A stretch of 64,000 nucleotides of DNA from Orbicella franksi (lineage: Eukaryota). Positions 25,289-37,095 of this stretch are shown here, piece by piece. Position 1 is the stretch's first letter. Every line of letters begins with the position of its first letter. The position numbers were made by a program, and so were the translations under genes. The notes beneath the pieces were generated by a model, which saw only the letters and a program-made list of their open reading frames with translations, was not told the origin of the DNA and searched no databases. Location: assembly GCA_964199315.1 (NCBI GenBank), contig OZ116703.1:16368001-16432000 (forward strand). The letters run 5' to 3'.

Positions 25289-25618
25289 GTTTACCAGATT
25301 AAACATTTATTCTATTCCACACGATTTTATAAACCAAACTTTTAAACGATGCCCTGACAGTCCAAGTGTCCTCGATATTCGAAAATGCCCACGAAGTTCC
25401 GATCCGTACTGCACACACCGAGGATTAGAATTTTAACTTATTTTTATGAACGAAAACTAATATATAAAAAATGTACGATGGCAAGTCTAACAAAAGGATT
25501 ACGTAATGCCTAAAGGTATTGGTAAACACAAACGAATGCAGATTGCCCATGTTCATTACGTAAAGCCCAAAGGTATAGGTAAACACTAACGAATGCAATT
25601 GCCCCGTGTTCAGGACTT
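25289..25618. mobile_element. 330-bp insertion interrupting TEDC2-like exon 6, flanked by a 5-bp direct repeat
   Basis: GACTT at 25284-25288 and 25614-25618; removing the insert restores ...GRPSLTKS-FVRPTSSRRSAKMYLD... in frame; contains an internal ~62-bp tandem duplication; no TIR seen. Confidence 0.6.
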
Positions 25619-26477
25619 TGTTAAGGAGGGTCTCCCATATGATGTACTGTAAGTGCTCTTTATGGCAGGCTTCTGTGTCACAGGTTTTCTAATTGGTACA
25701 GACTGTTTAGGCTGAGGTTTGGAAGCCTTTTGAAGAGTTTGCTTTACTGTACGTTGCATGGGTTGTTTCTGAGGAGGCTCTGAAATGTTAATAAGCAAGA
25801 AACTTTCACCTCAAGGTGTTTCTCTCCATGCAAGAACATACAGCTGAATTATAAGTTGTTAAGGCGGTCGTCCAAATGCTGGTGTAGATCTGTGATGGAC
25901 TAGCTGCTCATTCAAGAGTAACAGCAAGACTTCTAGCTTACTTCAACAAAAACATTGCCACAAAGGTGCAATCACTACGATTGAAACTACAATGTAGTGC
26001 TCAATGCATCAAGTGTTGTTAAATACATACCCAGAGATATAAATTGCACTTGCAATAAAGTAAAAAATAATTTTAAAGTTTTCCAGAACTCTTACACATC
26101 AAAATCCTTATATCAGTAAGTTGCTAAGATCCTAGACTATGTATAGTCCCTGTTTTCCATTAATGCATTGAGCAACTAGAACAAAAATAAACTAAGAGAA
26201 AGAAATGTCTGCACAAACCCTCCAGCTGAGGCACATCTTTACCATTTTCTCCTCATTATGTATTTTTTCACATTCTCTTTGTTCACAAAGAACCTTACAA
26301 AAAGGAATACCATCCCAACTGTAATCTTTGTGTACACAGTTGTACATGTACTTACTGGTGGTTACAGGGAGAGGCTTTTTGGATATCTTCTTCTTCTGGT
26401 CTGCTTTGGAAGTAGCTTCATCAATCTTTGAAATAAATTGGAAACCCCAGATTTAAGGTTACTGGTATTTTAGGTAA

Positions 26478-26890
26478 AGCATGGTTCTCATATGCCGCTG
26501 ACATACCTGGCATGGCCTGGGACACCATTAGGGCATATGTGAACATTTTTTCACCGAATCATAATCTGTCCCAGGCATTGACCGCCGGCTTCCCTGCAAA
26601 GTTAAGCAGAGTTCAACTTCGCATGCAAGCCAGTGGTTGTTGGCGATTGTCGGCAATGAAAATATTATATGTGAACATCATCTAGGGACGCAATGTACTC
26701 CAGTAAGATGACTCAATCCATATTTCAGGTGGAATGGTTGAAAATTGAGCCAATTTGATTTGCATTTCGCACCAATTTGAGTACATCGGCGATCCATAGC
26801 AGATGCACTGGGGACCCACTGAAACAGATCGCTGAACATAGTCAGCTCCATGCAGCAGCAGGTAGGTCAGCGGGATATGAGAACCACGCT
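26478..26890. mobile_element. PIF/Harbinger-type MITE, 413 bp
   Basis: TIR AGC(A/G)TGGTTCTCATAT(G/C)CCGCTGAC(A/C)TACCTG; TAA TSD at 26475-26477 and 26891-26893; TWA targets are typical of Harbinger. Confidence 0.8.
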
Positions 26891-28056
26891 TAAGAGAGTG
26901 AGGTACTTGCCATTTGCCTGAATGGTATCACCTTTACATTTCATCCAGATTCAAAAAAAGTCCAGTAAGTTTAAATAACATGGAGGTCAATTCTGGCTTT
27001 GAAACTGTTAACTTCTACATACCTTTGTCTGTATGTCCCTTGCTTTTTGTGCCTTGGCTACCAAACTTTCAAGTGCTGCTAAATCTTGCTTCTCAGTTTC
27101 CTTTGCTACGATAAAAGCAAATAGTTAAGCACTGTTTAAAGGTAAGGCAGGCTAGTAAGATCCGAAACTCAATCAAGACTTCAATTTTGGATCAAACCTC
27201 TGAAACAGGGGTTTTCGGAATTGGAAGCAGAAGGGGAAGAACCAACCAACAGCAAGGCCCAGAATTGAACATTGTGACTGGTTTATTCTTTTGCTTCTGC
27301 TTCTGACTCTGACAGTATAGTTTCACTAGATCGTAAGTAGCAGAGTCATAAGCGGAATGGGTGTTCAGCTTCCAACTCCGTCCGTTTAATTTTCACTGGA
27401 CGGTATCACTCTATGCTTCTGATTACCACTCCAACTATGACTCTGTCGCTAGTGAAAACAAGCCTGTGATGATATGTTCCCTTGCTACAAGGGAAGTGGA
27501 GCAGCAACTCTCACGGGGGCAGTTGCAGTATTTTTGGTTAAAGCAGTGCTTAAAGATAGTAACATTGCTTGTACACCAAATACTCCTGCGACAACAAGAT
27601 GCAGATATCAAGGGACGTCTCTTAGTTGCTTTTCACGCATCACACACTAAACCCTTGACGCGTTGGGTTGCAAATCCAAATCGCTGTGCATATCTGTTTT
27701 GTCAAGTCAAGTTATTTCCTCTTAAGCTGAGATCATTATTGTTTGCCCCCATAAGCATTGATAAGGTAAATTTCTAATTTACATGAAGATTCCCCGAAAC
27801 AAATCAACGTACCATGGTTTTAGCAGATTTCGACATTGCTGAACACAACATTCAGTTTCCTTTCGTCTCTGCAAACAGAGCTTGTGTACCTTTGTTATTT
27901 GCTCCTCAAGCCTTATTAAGAATAAATGAAATACAGTTAACGTTCATTAAATCAGCAAACTATAGCCTTTAATGAAAATTATTCAACTTACATCTTGAAG
28001 ACTTGACAAACATCCTCATTCTTCGTGTCTGAATTTGCCGCCTTGACAGCCATTTT

Positions 28057-28150
28057 GTTTCCATGGGATTAGCCACTGACTATATTGCAGACTCAACATA
28101 GGCCCAACATATTCGCTCGCAGGCGACTGGTCTAAACGAGTCACGTGACT
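28057..28150 (-). promoter_or_regulatory. Candidate TEDC2-like promoter: RFX X-box-like site and perfect 12-bp E-box palindrome
   Basis: GTTTCCATGGGATT (28057-28070; 12/14 match to GTTNCCATGGNAAC) directly upstream of the ATG; AGTCACGTGACT at 28139-28150. Motif match only. Confidence 0.35.
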
Positions 28151-28936
28151 GAATATCTTAGCTAAGACTGAAGAATATCCACTAGGGCTTTTAAGTGTAA
28201 TCTAAGTGCACTTGGAACCTAACTTTGAGTGTGAAAGGGTAAAATGTAGTTCGAAGAAGCCGAAAAAGAGTGCACCGCCAAGTATGGTGGACACCACACT
28301 TGACAACACACTTAACCAATAGGAAATGGAAGCCAACTGAAAGCAATGTGCAGCGATTCTGATAACGGACCAAAAAACAACTTGCCAGCTGAGATCGATC
28401 GAAACATTCAAAATCATGGGATGGCTGGAGTTTAGAGGACTCCATGGAACATTCTTTTATTTGAATTTCATTTTCAGAGACAGCCTAAACCATCGCTTTT
28501 CATATCATCCGGTACCAAATACTGCAAACAAGCAAATTGCAAACAAGCTACTCTTTCAAGTTTCAACCAGTGCATTTCCCATAGAGGATACATGTCTCGG
28601 TTGGCTAGAGCCCTACGCACGTTGTTGAGCCACTCTAGAGAAAAACAAAAGATGCCGCTTGTTCTTTTGTGTTGCTGCTATGCACTCGTTAACAAAAAAG
28701 CTCCTATATGTATTTCTTGTAAATTTAAAACCCTTTGAGTTAAAAGAAAAGACAAATTAAATAGCAAACTACAAAATACTCTCTTCCGTTGCAAAAGCCT
28801 GACTATTCTCACCGCATAATTAATTAGCTCATTGCAAAACATGCTGTTATTCCATCACATTGCCCCGTTTTCGCCCGTGTTTCGCAAAATTTTTGAAGGA
28901 TAATAAACAAAATAGCCCATATCTGACGTAAAAGAG

Positions 28937-29120
28937 CATCGCAGGGTTACCCCCAGCATTAAATTCGCGATACCCATTTATACACCTGGGTGGAGAGAGG
29001 CACCGTGAGAGGAACGTGTCTTCCCCAAGAACACTACACAGTGGCCCCGGCCAGGGCTCGAACCTGGACCGCTCGCTCCGGAGTCGAGCGCACTAACCAT
29101 GAGGCCACCGTGCCTCCCAC
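28937..29120 (-). mobile_element. tRNA-derived SINE (5' part)
   Basis: Minus strand has Pol III A box TGGCCTCATGG and B box GGTTCGAGCCC, then body ...CACGGTGCCTCTCTCCACCCAGGTGTATAAATGGGTA shared with 30268-30468. Confidence 0.8.
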
Positions 29121-30267
29121 GCGTCTGGTAGTGTGATGAAACTTTTATTTCAGAGTTCTCGTGTCGTTATTTTTAATGTGTACCACCGACATTAACAGGC
29201 ACTTTTCAGGGACAAAGTCAATTGTCGCGTTGGAAGACGATGATGAGAGTTAAAGGCAATACTTCAGTATAAATAAGGTATAAAACAAACAAACAAAGTC
29301 TAGCACTTTTAATCGTTGCCTTTTATTTCGGTGTATTAGTACTGAGTAATGGACGAGCTATCGCATCAAAACAGAGTCCTTCTGAGTCCTTCTGATCTAT
29401 TCCATGACTTTGGCCGCCATGCCTCTGTACAAGGGAGCTGTTGATTGTTCTCTTCCAGGGACATGTGATTAGTCTCGTACACAGCACACTTTCTGTTCTA
29501 CTTGGAACGTTTTGCGTCAAAAGTTATCAAGGACCACGGCTGGAAAAACCTTGCCGCCGCCACAGACAATACCGTGCGTCACACGATACAAGGGTACAAA
29601 TGCACTACGAAAAGAAAAAGAAGTTGCTTTCGTTTAGTCATTCAAGGTACATACAGGAAAATGAATGAACATGACCCATTGTTACTCCTTATCCTGCATA
29701 CATTGCATGTGATTGTTACTCTTTTCACGGTCAAAGAAAAACAAGCACATCCTAGATATTCTTCGCTATTTTCAGGTGAGAATGCAAGTCACTTGTTATA
29801 ACATTTAAGGGAAAGATAGTTTATCATAGAACGAGGCTTAATTAGAATAGAAATGAAGGTAGATCCATAAACGTTAACAATACATCTTCAGAAAAAACTC
29901 TGGTAGGGGTAATTCTCTGGAAGGAAAAACATATAGTTAATATTCACCATCATGAAGAGATAAACATTTAAGGGGCAGTCCCGGCTCAGGGCGGTTTATC
30001 AAAAGTTCAGTCTCTTTTAGTTGCTAATTTTCATATTATATTACTATAAATTAATGAGAAAAACGATTCTATACAGCAAAATTGAGCAAGCATTTTTGGA
30101 AAAGTACAGATTACAAGGACGGAAGTGAATTACAGTTATCAAAATTTGATTTTGTGACAGAATGTCAAGAAATCCAAATGGATATTTCGACTGGCGAAAT
30201 TTTGAATTTTTTCGTCATCATTTTCTTTGTTGGTATTTCTTTTACTTTCACCAATTTTCGGGTTTTC

Positions 30268-30468
30268 TCGGGCAAGACATTTTACTCTCACAGTGCCTCT
30301 CAGTCTCCACCCATGTGCATTAATGGGTACCGGCGAATTCAAAGCTGCGATGGACTAGCCATCCATCCAGGGGGGAGTAGAAATATTCCTAGTCACTTCA
30401 TGCTATTGGAACCAAAGATAAGTGTCAGCCTGATGCGGCACTAGGCCTGAACACAGACTTTACCTTTT
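30268..30468 (+). mobile_element. 5'-truncated copy of the same SINE family in the last TEDC2-like intron
   Basis: GGGCAAGACATTTTACTCTCACAGTGCCTCTC...AATGGGTACCGGCGAATT...GCGATGGACTAGC body ending ACTTTACCTTTT. Confidence 0.7.
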
Positions 30469-32093
30469 ATGTTTGGCCGTACCTGATCATTTAGCATGTG
30501 ACATGAAAAATCTTAGTGATGTTGTGATACACACAAACAAATGTTTGTTTTGACCGATACACCCCAAGTTCAGGCTGTTGTTTTTTAAAAAATCTGACCT
30601 TTCCAATGGATCCATCTTCTCTAACAGAGGTAGCAGCTTTTCACCGCCGAGCTGTTTCACGTGCAACTGAGGACTGAGCAGCTGAACCTCATGATGGAGT
30701 CTAACAAGCTCGTGAAGCTCCTACACAGATAAGAAAACAAACAAAACGAGTAGTCAACACAAGTTGTGTTCTTGGTATCACTTTCAAATCAGTCTGAAGA
30801 GACAGACCTCTCTTTGCGAACCGATTTTTTTGTTCTTGGTTAAAATCTCTTCTCTACAAAAAGGAGCTACATAAAGTTACTCAACAAGTGGAGAATTTTA
30901 ACAATCACTAATTTTAAGTGTGACCGCCAAAAATAGTTATCGGTGCGTATAAAACAAGCTTTTGCATTTCCTCGAATAACACCCACGGGCAATTAACTTT
31001 TTTAAAGCATTAGAATAGGATGATTATTCGGGGGGAAGGGAATTATTTCAAATATAGTTCAGTGGAAGAAGTACAAAGTACTTTTGAGATATGACGAGTT
31101 CCTGCAACTGAGGAATAGCTTGCACGAAAGAAAGCAGGAGAGGGTTGGTTTATTCAAAGACAGTAAACACAGCAGTGGTAACTTTGATGATTTGATTTGA
31201 TAAATCAAACACACACAACACAAAAGATAGTAAACTAAGACGATGTCATGCAAGATAGGGAGTGGGGAGGGCTTAAAAATAGTATTGGAGGGACCAAGCG
31301 CTAAGAGGGCAAGTAATACTGGGAAATACGCTATTTTTCTAAATCCAGCCCTACCTTGACAGAGGAGTAAGTGAAATCTGCAGTACCACATTGCTTGTTG
31401 AATTCCTGGAATAATTCACCTCTCGAGTAGTCGTCAATTTCATCAGGCAACCAGCGAGAGAGAAGAACACAACCTTTACTCTGCTCTTGCTGAGCACTAG
31501 AGTCGATTTCCCGCGGGAGATCCCGATCGAACACATTGCAGTTCCCGCAAGGACAGCACGTTGTACGTTGTTCTTCCGCTGATGGAGAAGAAAAAAGGGA
31601 AGAGAACTACTGGCTTAATATTTACAGCAATAGTTTCTGGACGCTAAATATTTACAATTCAAGGGAAATCAGCATGAGAAATATTAGTTGTCCCAAGCCC
31701 TCAACCCAAGCCCCTAGACTTGGGTCCAAATAGTGAAAAGTGATCAGAATGTAACTTCTCTCATCAATATTGATACAAACTCAAGCATTAAGCTCTAGAG
31801 AATAAAGAATCTCATCATCAAGGCGGATTTTCTTGATCATGGTCAGTACTTCCAACTAGTATTAAAGGAAGTCAAGGAAATGTATGAGGATCAGTTTGAA
31901 GAATTTGTATGTTGACATCAAGGCTTAAAGTCCTGTCTTCCCATTCAACAAATGCTCTTTCAAAAACACTGAAAAAAAAATCGTCTCTCTTTTTCACCTG
32001 AATACCACGGAAAAGTAAACTAGCAGTTCCGGCCCTCTCAGGCTCTGTCTGAGTCACTCAACATACGCGTTGCGTGACAAAAACAGATTGTGT

Positions 32094-32095
<2 letters not shown>

Positions 32096-32147
<52 letters not shown>
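32096..32147. repeat. (GATA)13 microsatellite, the 3' tail of the LINE
   Basis: 52 nt of perfect GATA repeats abutting the minus-strand polyadenylation signal. Confidence 0.95.
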
Positions 32148-32148
<1 letters not shown>

Positions 32149-35100
32149 ACTTTATTTAAACACGATAATAATTAAAGCTAAAAACTTGTGGGGTCGTGTA
32201 TTTAAATTTAACTTTGCTAAAAATTTAAAATTACGATTAAAATGTTTAGATTACAATTCCTAGATTTACAATTAAATTAATTACTTAATTAATTGCTAAC
32301 TAGAACTATTACTAAGTTAATCTACTATATGATTACAATAAACTAACTAAAACTAATTGTATATAAAGTCACTATGTCTGTGGCGGGTTGTCCAAGCCGA
32401 CAGGGCGTTAAAGTTAAAATCTTTAAAATAGGCTCTATTTACAACCTGCTTTCTAAGGTCGAAAAAGCTTGAAAAACTTTTATGTTGTTCGTGGTATAAA
32501 ACTATGTTCCAAAGGACAGATCCCTTATATCTAAGTGAGTCTTTCATAAATCGCGAGTTAAATCGTGGTATAGAAGAAAGTACTTTCCCTCGGAGCGAAT
32601 AGCCGTGGCTGGAGTTTTCAACTATCGATTTCATCAGGGGCTCGGGCAGGCTGTCGTTGTTTGCCTTATAAAATAGTCTTAGGATGTCGAGCTTATAATA
32701 CAGGGAAAAGGTAGACCACTGATCATATTTGAGCACGTCATTTGTCGACATGTCCTTGGGCAAGTTGAAAATGATTCTTGCCGCCCTACAATGTAGTCTT
32801 TCTATAGAATCAAGTATGTCGGAGTTACAACACGATCCCCACAAAACTAAACGGTATTTTACAGAGGGTAATACTACTTTAAAATAAAAATCCTTTAGCA
32901 CGCCCTTTGGAAGAAATCTGGATCGTTTCAGTAAGTTCAGCTTATTAGCAAAACTTTTCTTGGTCTCAAGTGCCTGAGGTACCCAGCTTAGATTTCGATC
33001 GACAGTCATGCCTAGCAGACGCGTTTTTGTAACGCATCTAAGAATCGAGGTTCCTAGTTCAATTGGTGCATGTGGTCCCATCGGGGTTCCTTTACTAAGT
33101 AGCATCACTTCACTCTTTCCTGGGTGAGGTGTTAAACGATTTGTTAGACACCACGTGTATACTTCCTTCAGGGTCTTGTTTAACTGCGCAATAGCGATGT
33201 CCATAGTTTCTCCTATACAATAAGCCGTTGTGTCATCTGCGTACATGTACAGGGACCCCGAGCTGACTGAAGCAGGAAGGTCGTTTGTGAATAGCGTGAA
33301 TAAAGTCGGTCCCAGCACCGAACCCTGGGGAATGCCGAAAGACGCCCGTGAGCGTTCCGACTTGACTCCGTTTAATACTGTAAATTGTTGTCTTCCGTGT
33401 AAATAGCTCTTTAGCCAGTCAAGGAGCGTGCCGGTAATTCCGAAATCTCGGTTTAACTTCATCTCCAGTATGTCGTGAGAAACACTGTCAAATGCTTTCT
33501 TAAAGTCAATAAAGGCCACGGCCACCGCCTTTCCTGAGTCTATAGCTGTTCTCCACGTTTCTGTTAAGTGCGTCAACAGTAATTCTGTTGAGTAACCGGT
33601 GCGGTATGCCCACTGCTTATTTGAAACCAAGTTGTTATCCTTGAAAACGTGTCGCACTAAAGTATCGTTAACTTCCGATTCCATAATTTTACTTGGCACA
33701 CTGAGTAGAGAAACCGGACGATAGTTCCCACAGTCTGTTTCGTCATCCTTTTTGTAGATAGGTGTTAGTCTTGCTATTTTCCAATCAGAGTAGACAGCTC
33801 TACATTTAATGCTTTCATGATAGAGGCTGACTAACGATGGGACTATTGCATTTCCCGCAAGTTTTATGAGTTTTGGAGAGATGCTATCGGGGCCTGGGGA
33901 CTTGTTAGTGTTGAGTGAGTTGACTTTTTCGCCTACCGACTGCGATGAAATCGTTATCTCCGTGAGTGGTGGTGGTTCGTCGAAGATATCCGTAGCATTT
34001 TGGCATTCTCTTTTCCTACGTAGTGGGAGCGCATTAGCTAGCTTTTCGCCAACCAACGCAAAATGTGAACTCATTAGGCGTGCTTTCTCATCATCAGCGA
34101 CTACCAGGCTGCCATCACTTCTCTTCAGAGGGCCAATGTTCTTCATGTGCACTCTCGAGTTTGTAGCATTACTGATCAAGTTCCAATAAGCACTCGTTTT
34201 CTTTACTTCTTTAAACATTTTTGAGAAATGGGAGGCTTTAGCTTTTCTTAGGTCCGAAGTAACTTCGTTTCTGACTTTTTTGTACTCTTGCCAAAGCAGG
34301 GGACATTTGGTCGTAGTTGCCTTCTTGAATAATTTGTATCGTTTGTTCATTTTAAATCGAATATCACTTGTTATCCATGGTGCAGATGAACTTCTTATTT
34401 TAACTTCTTTCCATGGAGCGTGGTCGTCGCAGATGTTGGTGAAAACCTTCTGCCAAGCCCAAAGAATGTCATCTGCGTCGTCGAAAACTGATGCAACATG
34501 GAATGGTGCAGACTCAACATCGCCTCTAAATTTCTCGGGGTCCAGTTTCTTATAATCTCTCGTTCTGATATATTTTGGTGGCGGCCTTTTGTTCTTTAGT
34601 CGTATAGTTGCATATATCAGATCATGGTCCGAGATACCCAGGCGCCTGAAATGCTAATAAGATCTTTTCTTGTAGTGACAATAACGTCAATTAGAGTTCT
34701 CGATGTAATAGTTGTTCTTGTCGCCTCTTGTACAACGTTTTGCATCCCAAACAGGTCGAAAACAGAGCAGAGTTTTTCTGCATTTGTGTACACAGGAATT
34801 TCCGGACTGCCTCTGTTTAAAAGGTTACAGTTAAAATCTCCCAATAAAATGATGTTTGATGATTTCAGCCAAGCCTTTTCGAGCGTAGGTCCGATGCGGT
34901 CGAAAAAATCGCACGCATCAGGTGGCCTATACATGACTGAGAACAATACAGAGTTACAAGGGAATTTAACCTGTAACCAGATCGCTTCAAGACCATCGTT
35001 GTACAAATCCTTTCGGTGGATTGCCTTCAAGTGCTCCGCATAATAAAGTACACAGCCGCCTCCCTTTCGCCTTTTTCGATCAAGCCTTACAAACTTCATT

Positions 35101-36000
35101 CCGTTAATGTCAAGTGCCGCATCTGGGACGGGTTTGTCAAGGTGCGTTTCTGTTATGGCAAGGATTTCAAATCTGCATATTAACTGTAAACACCTTAGTT
35201 CCTCGATCTTATTTCTTAGGCTACATACGTTCAAGTGTGCCACTCTAAGGTCCTTACTTGAGTGAGTGTCCAGATTCTGTGCGAGGTCCAACAAATGATT
35301 TTCGTCATCCTCTTTGTGTAGTTGACTGGGAGTTATTGCTGTATCCATAGAATCCGCCATAATTAGGAATGAATCATTTGAAGTAGAAGCATAAGGGAGT
35401 GATTGTAATAGCGTGAAGTTCGTGTCCCATTCCGGTGTAGGATGTTGTTGACATGCTGGACAGGTCCAGATCGATGGGTCGTATGTTTGAATTTGCTTGA
35501 ATTGCTTTACCGCGACCTCTCCGCACTTGGTATGGTATTTAAAACCACAAGAGCTGCAGTTAAGTGATCGATGGTTGCGAGCTATAGATCTCGAGCACTT
35601 ATGACATTTCGGCTTCTCGTTGTTTGGGCCAGGGTTTAAATCGACATCCCAGCTAATAAACAAACGAGACAGATGAAAGGTGGAGACGCTGTTGGGATAT
35701 CGGGTAATCCTACAACTGAAGAAGCCATTGGAGGAGGTCCTCGAGTAGCCAAAATGGCGCCTGTGGTTCAGCTCAAGCGCAAGTTCAGGAAGCCGTAAGC
35801 TATCTTGGTGGAGGCATTGCAATGCAATTCCCATTGAATCTTGGCCATTGTCGACAGTTTTATGCCATAGGGTCTTTTTCCTGCTGTAGCTGAAGATGAT
35901 ACCGAAGATTATCAGATGAGTTAGTATCACGCTAACGAAGCCGTGTCGCTTTCCCGCCATCAGTACGTTTTACAATACAACTAGCGGTTAGGTAAACACC
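32096..36000 (-). mobile_element. Near full-length single-ORF non-LTR retrotransposon (L2/Crack/CR1 group); one frameshift
   Basis: ORF 35960-34617 (2A-like DVDLNPGP, PHD finger, APE endonuclease HLNVCSL/ITETHL/GDFN) joins ORF 34350-32353 (RT: NYRPVSLL, DFKKAFD, PQGSVLGP, YADD) via a frameshift at ~34641 that restores LGISDHDLIY; AATAAA and (TATC)13 tail; absent from unit A (empty site GTGTTA|CAAGG near 6765). Confidence 0.93.
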
Positions 36001-37095
36001 ATTCGTCAGTCGTTGGTTAACTGGCCGTTGTGGAGAGGTTATTTTGGTAGTTTGAGACGTGCTTTAGTGGCCGTTGCCGTTGTGGAGAGGTGGCCGTTGA
36101 AGAGAAGTTACTGCGCCTTTCAATTTGTTTGTTTTGCCCTCATCCTTGTCTGTTACGGTGCGAAATTGAAAAGTTCTTTTCCTTTACAAGGAGTTCCTCG
36201 CGCGATCGCGTGTATTATATAAAGTCAAGTCTTATTACTGTAAGGTAGGAAAGACAGACGCAGCCAATAAACCTTGATTAATTTTCGACAGCTCGAGCCT
36301 TTTATCCATGGTTTTGATTAGGCTAATCAAAACCATGGTATAATGCAAGAGTTTTAAAAATGGTCAAAAATTGCAGCCTTCAACGCTGCAGTGTGCCTAC
36401 AAAAAAATGGAGATAAACGAAAATGGAGAAAAAAATGCATGGCGTAAGAAATGAGGCTGTGATGAGAAACCCGGCGCGACAACTTCAACCATTATCCACG
36501 TGTGCTTGATAAACTCGAAGTGGGAGCGATGCATACCTTTTTGGCAGCCGAATTCGCGTTATTGTGGGCGGCTGCCGTTTCGTTTGATGCCTACTGCTGT
36601 GAGATTTGCTTCATAGGGCACTAGGTTATAAACAATTTCATTTTCTATGCAAATATTCCATCGTGTTCCAGAAAGAACTTTTCAATTTCGCACCGCACAG
36701 ACAAGGATGAGGGCAAAACAAACAAATTTCCGACTGAACAACCAACGTGTATGAAAGTGAAATATGAATTATTTCATATAAACTTCAAACCAACGTGTAT
36801 GTAACAACAGCATCATCCAATAAAAACAATATTTGCAGACTGGATAGCAACTGAACGTTTTTATCTCTAAAGCGTTCCAAAAACATCACTTCACATAAAA
36901 GCAATTAACCCAAATTGAGTAAACCAGTAAATATTAAGAAAAAATTCAAAATTAAGTCTGCAATACTATGGATAGCAACCAATTAAAACTAAAGAATGTG
37001 CAATGTTCTGACATGAAGCTTAGTGACCTCCCACAGAGGGAAGCACTCCACCGTCGACGAACCAGCGACGCGTGGAATAATCTTTGTCAAGAAAG

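Larger units (their letters stand above)
6022..28053 (-). pseudogene. TEDC2: TEDC2-like gene, copy A (last two exons lie left of the window); disabled
   Basis: Phase-compatible GT-AG exons: 28053-27992 (MAVKAANSD...), 27911-27813 (...VQQCRNLLKPW), tentative 27585-27515, 27105-27023 (KQDLAALESLVAKAQKAR), 26425-26356, 25779-25174, 24046-23270 (777 nt), 6245-6022 (...DFTYSSVK). Motifs parallel human TEDC2 as recalled (CRRLLHAW; QDLKELEFLTQALEKA; LRLPAAFRK; DWMQEY; VYSSTQEL). Lesions: 330-bp insert in exon 6 giving TGA, and TAA at 23609-23607 where copy B has TAC. Confidence 0.75.
1..28700. repeat. Segmental tandem duplication, unit A (extends left of the window)
   Basis: 1-149 matches 30759-30907; 5586-10620 matches 30904-39960 once the LINE is removed; 21340-25250 matches 57930-63237 once inserts are removed. 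Same orientation and gene order. Right boundary approximate. Confidence 0.9.

Noticed and set aside
29060-29120. tRNA gene
   Set aside because: A and B boxes are present but run into a SINE body shared with 30268-30468; no complete cloverleaf or terminator.
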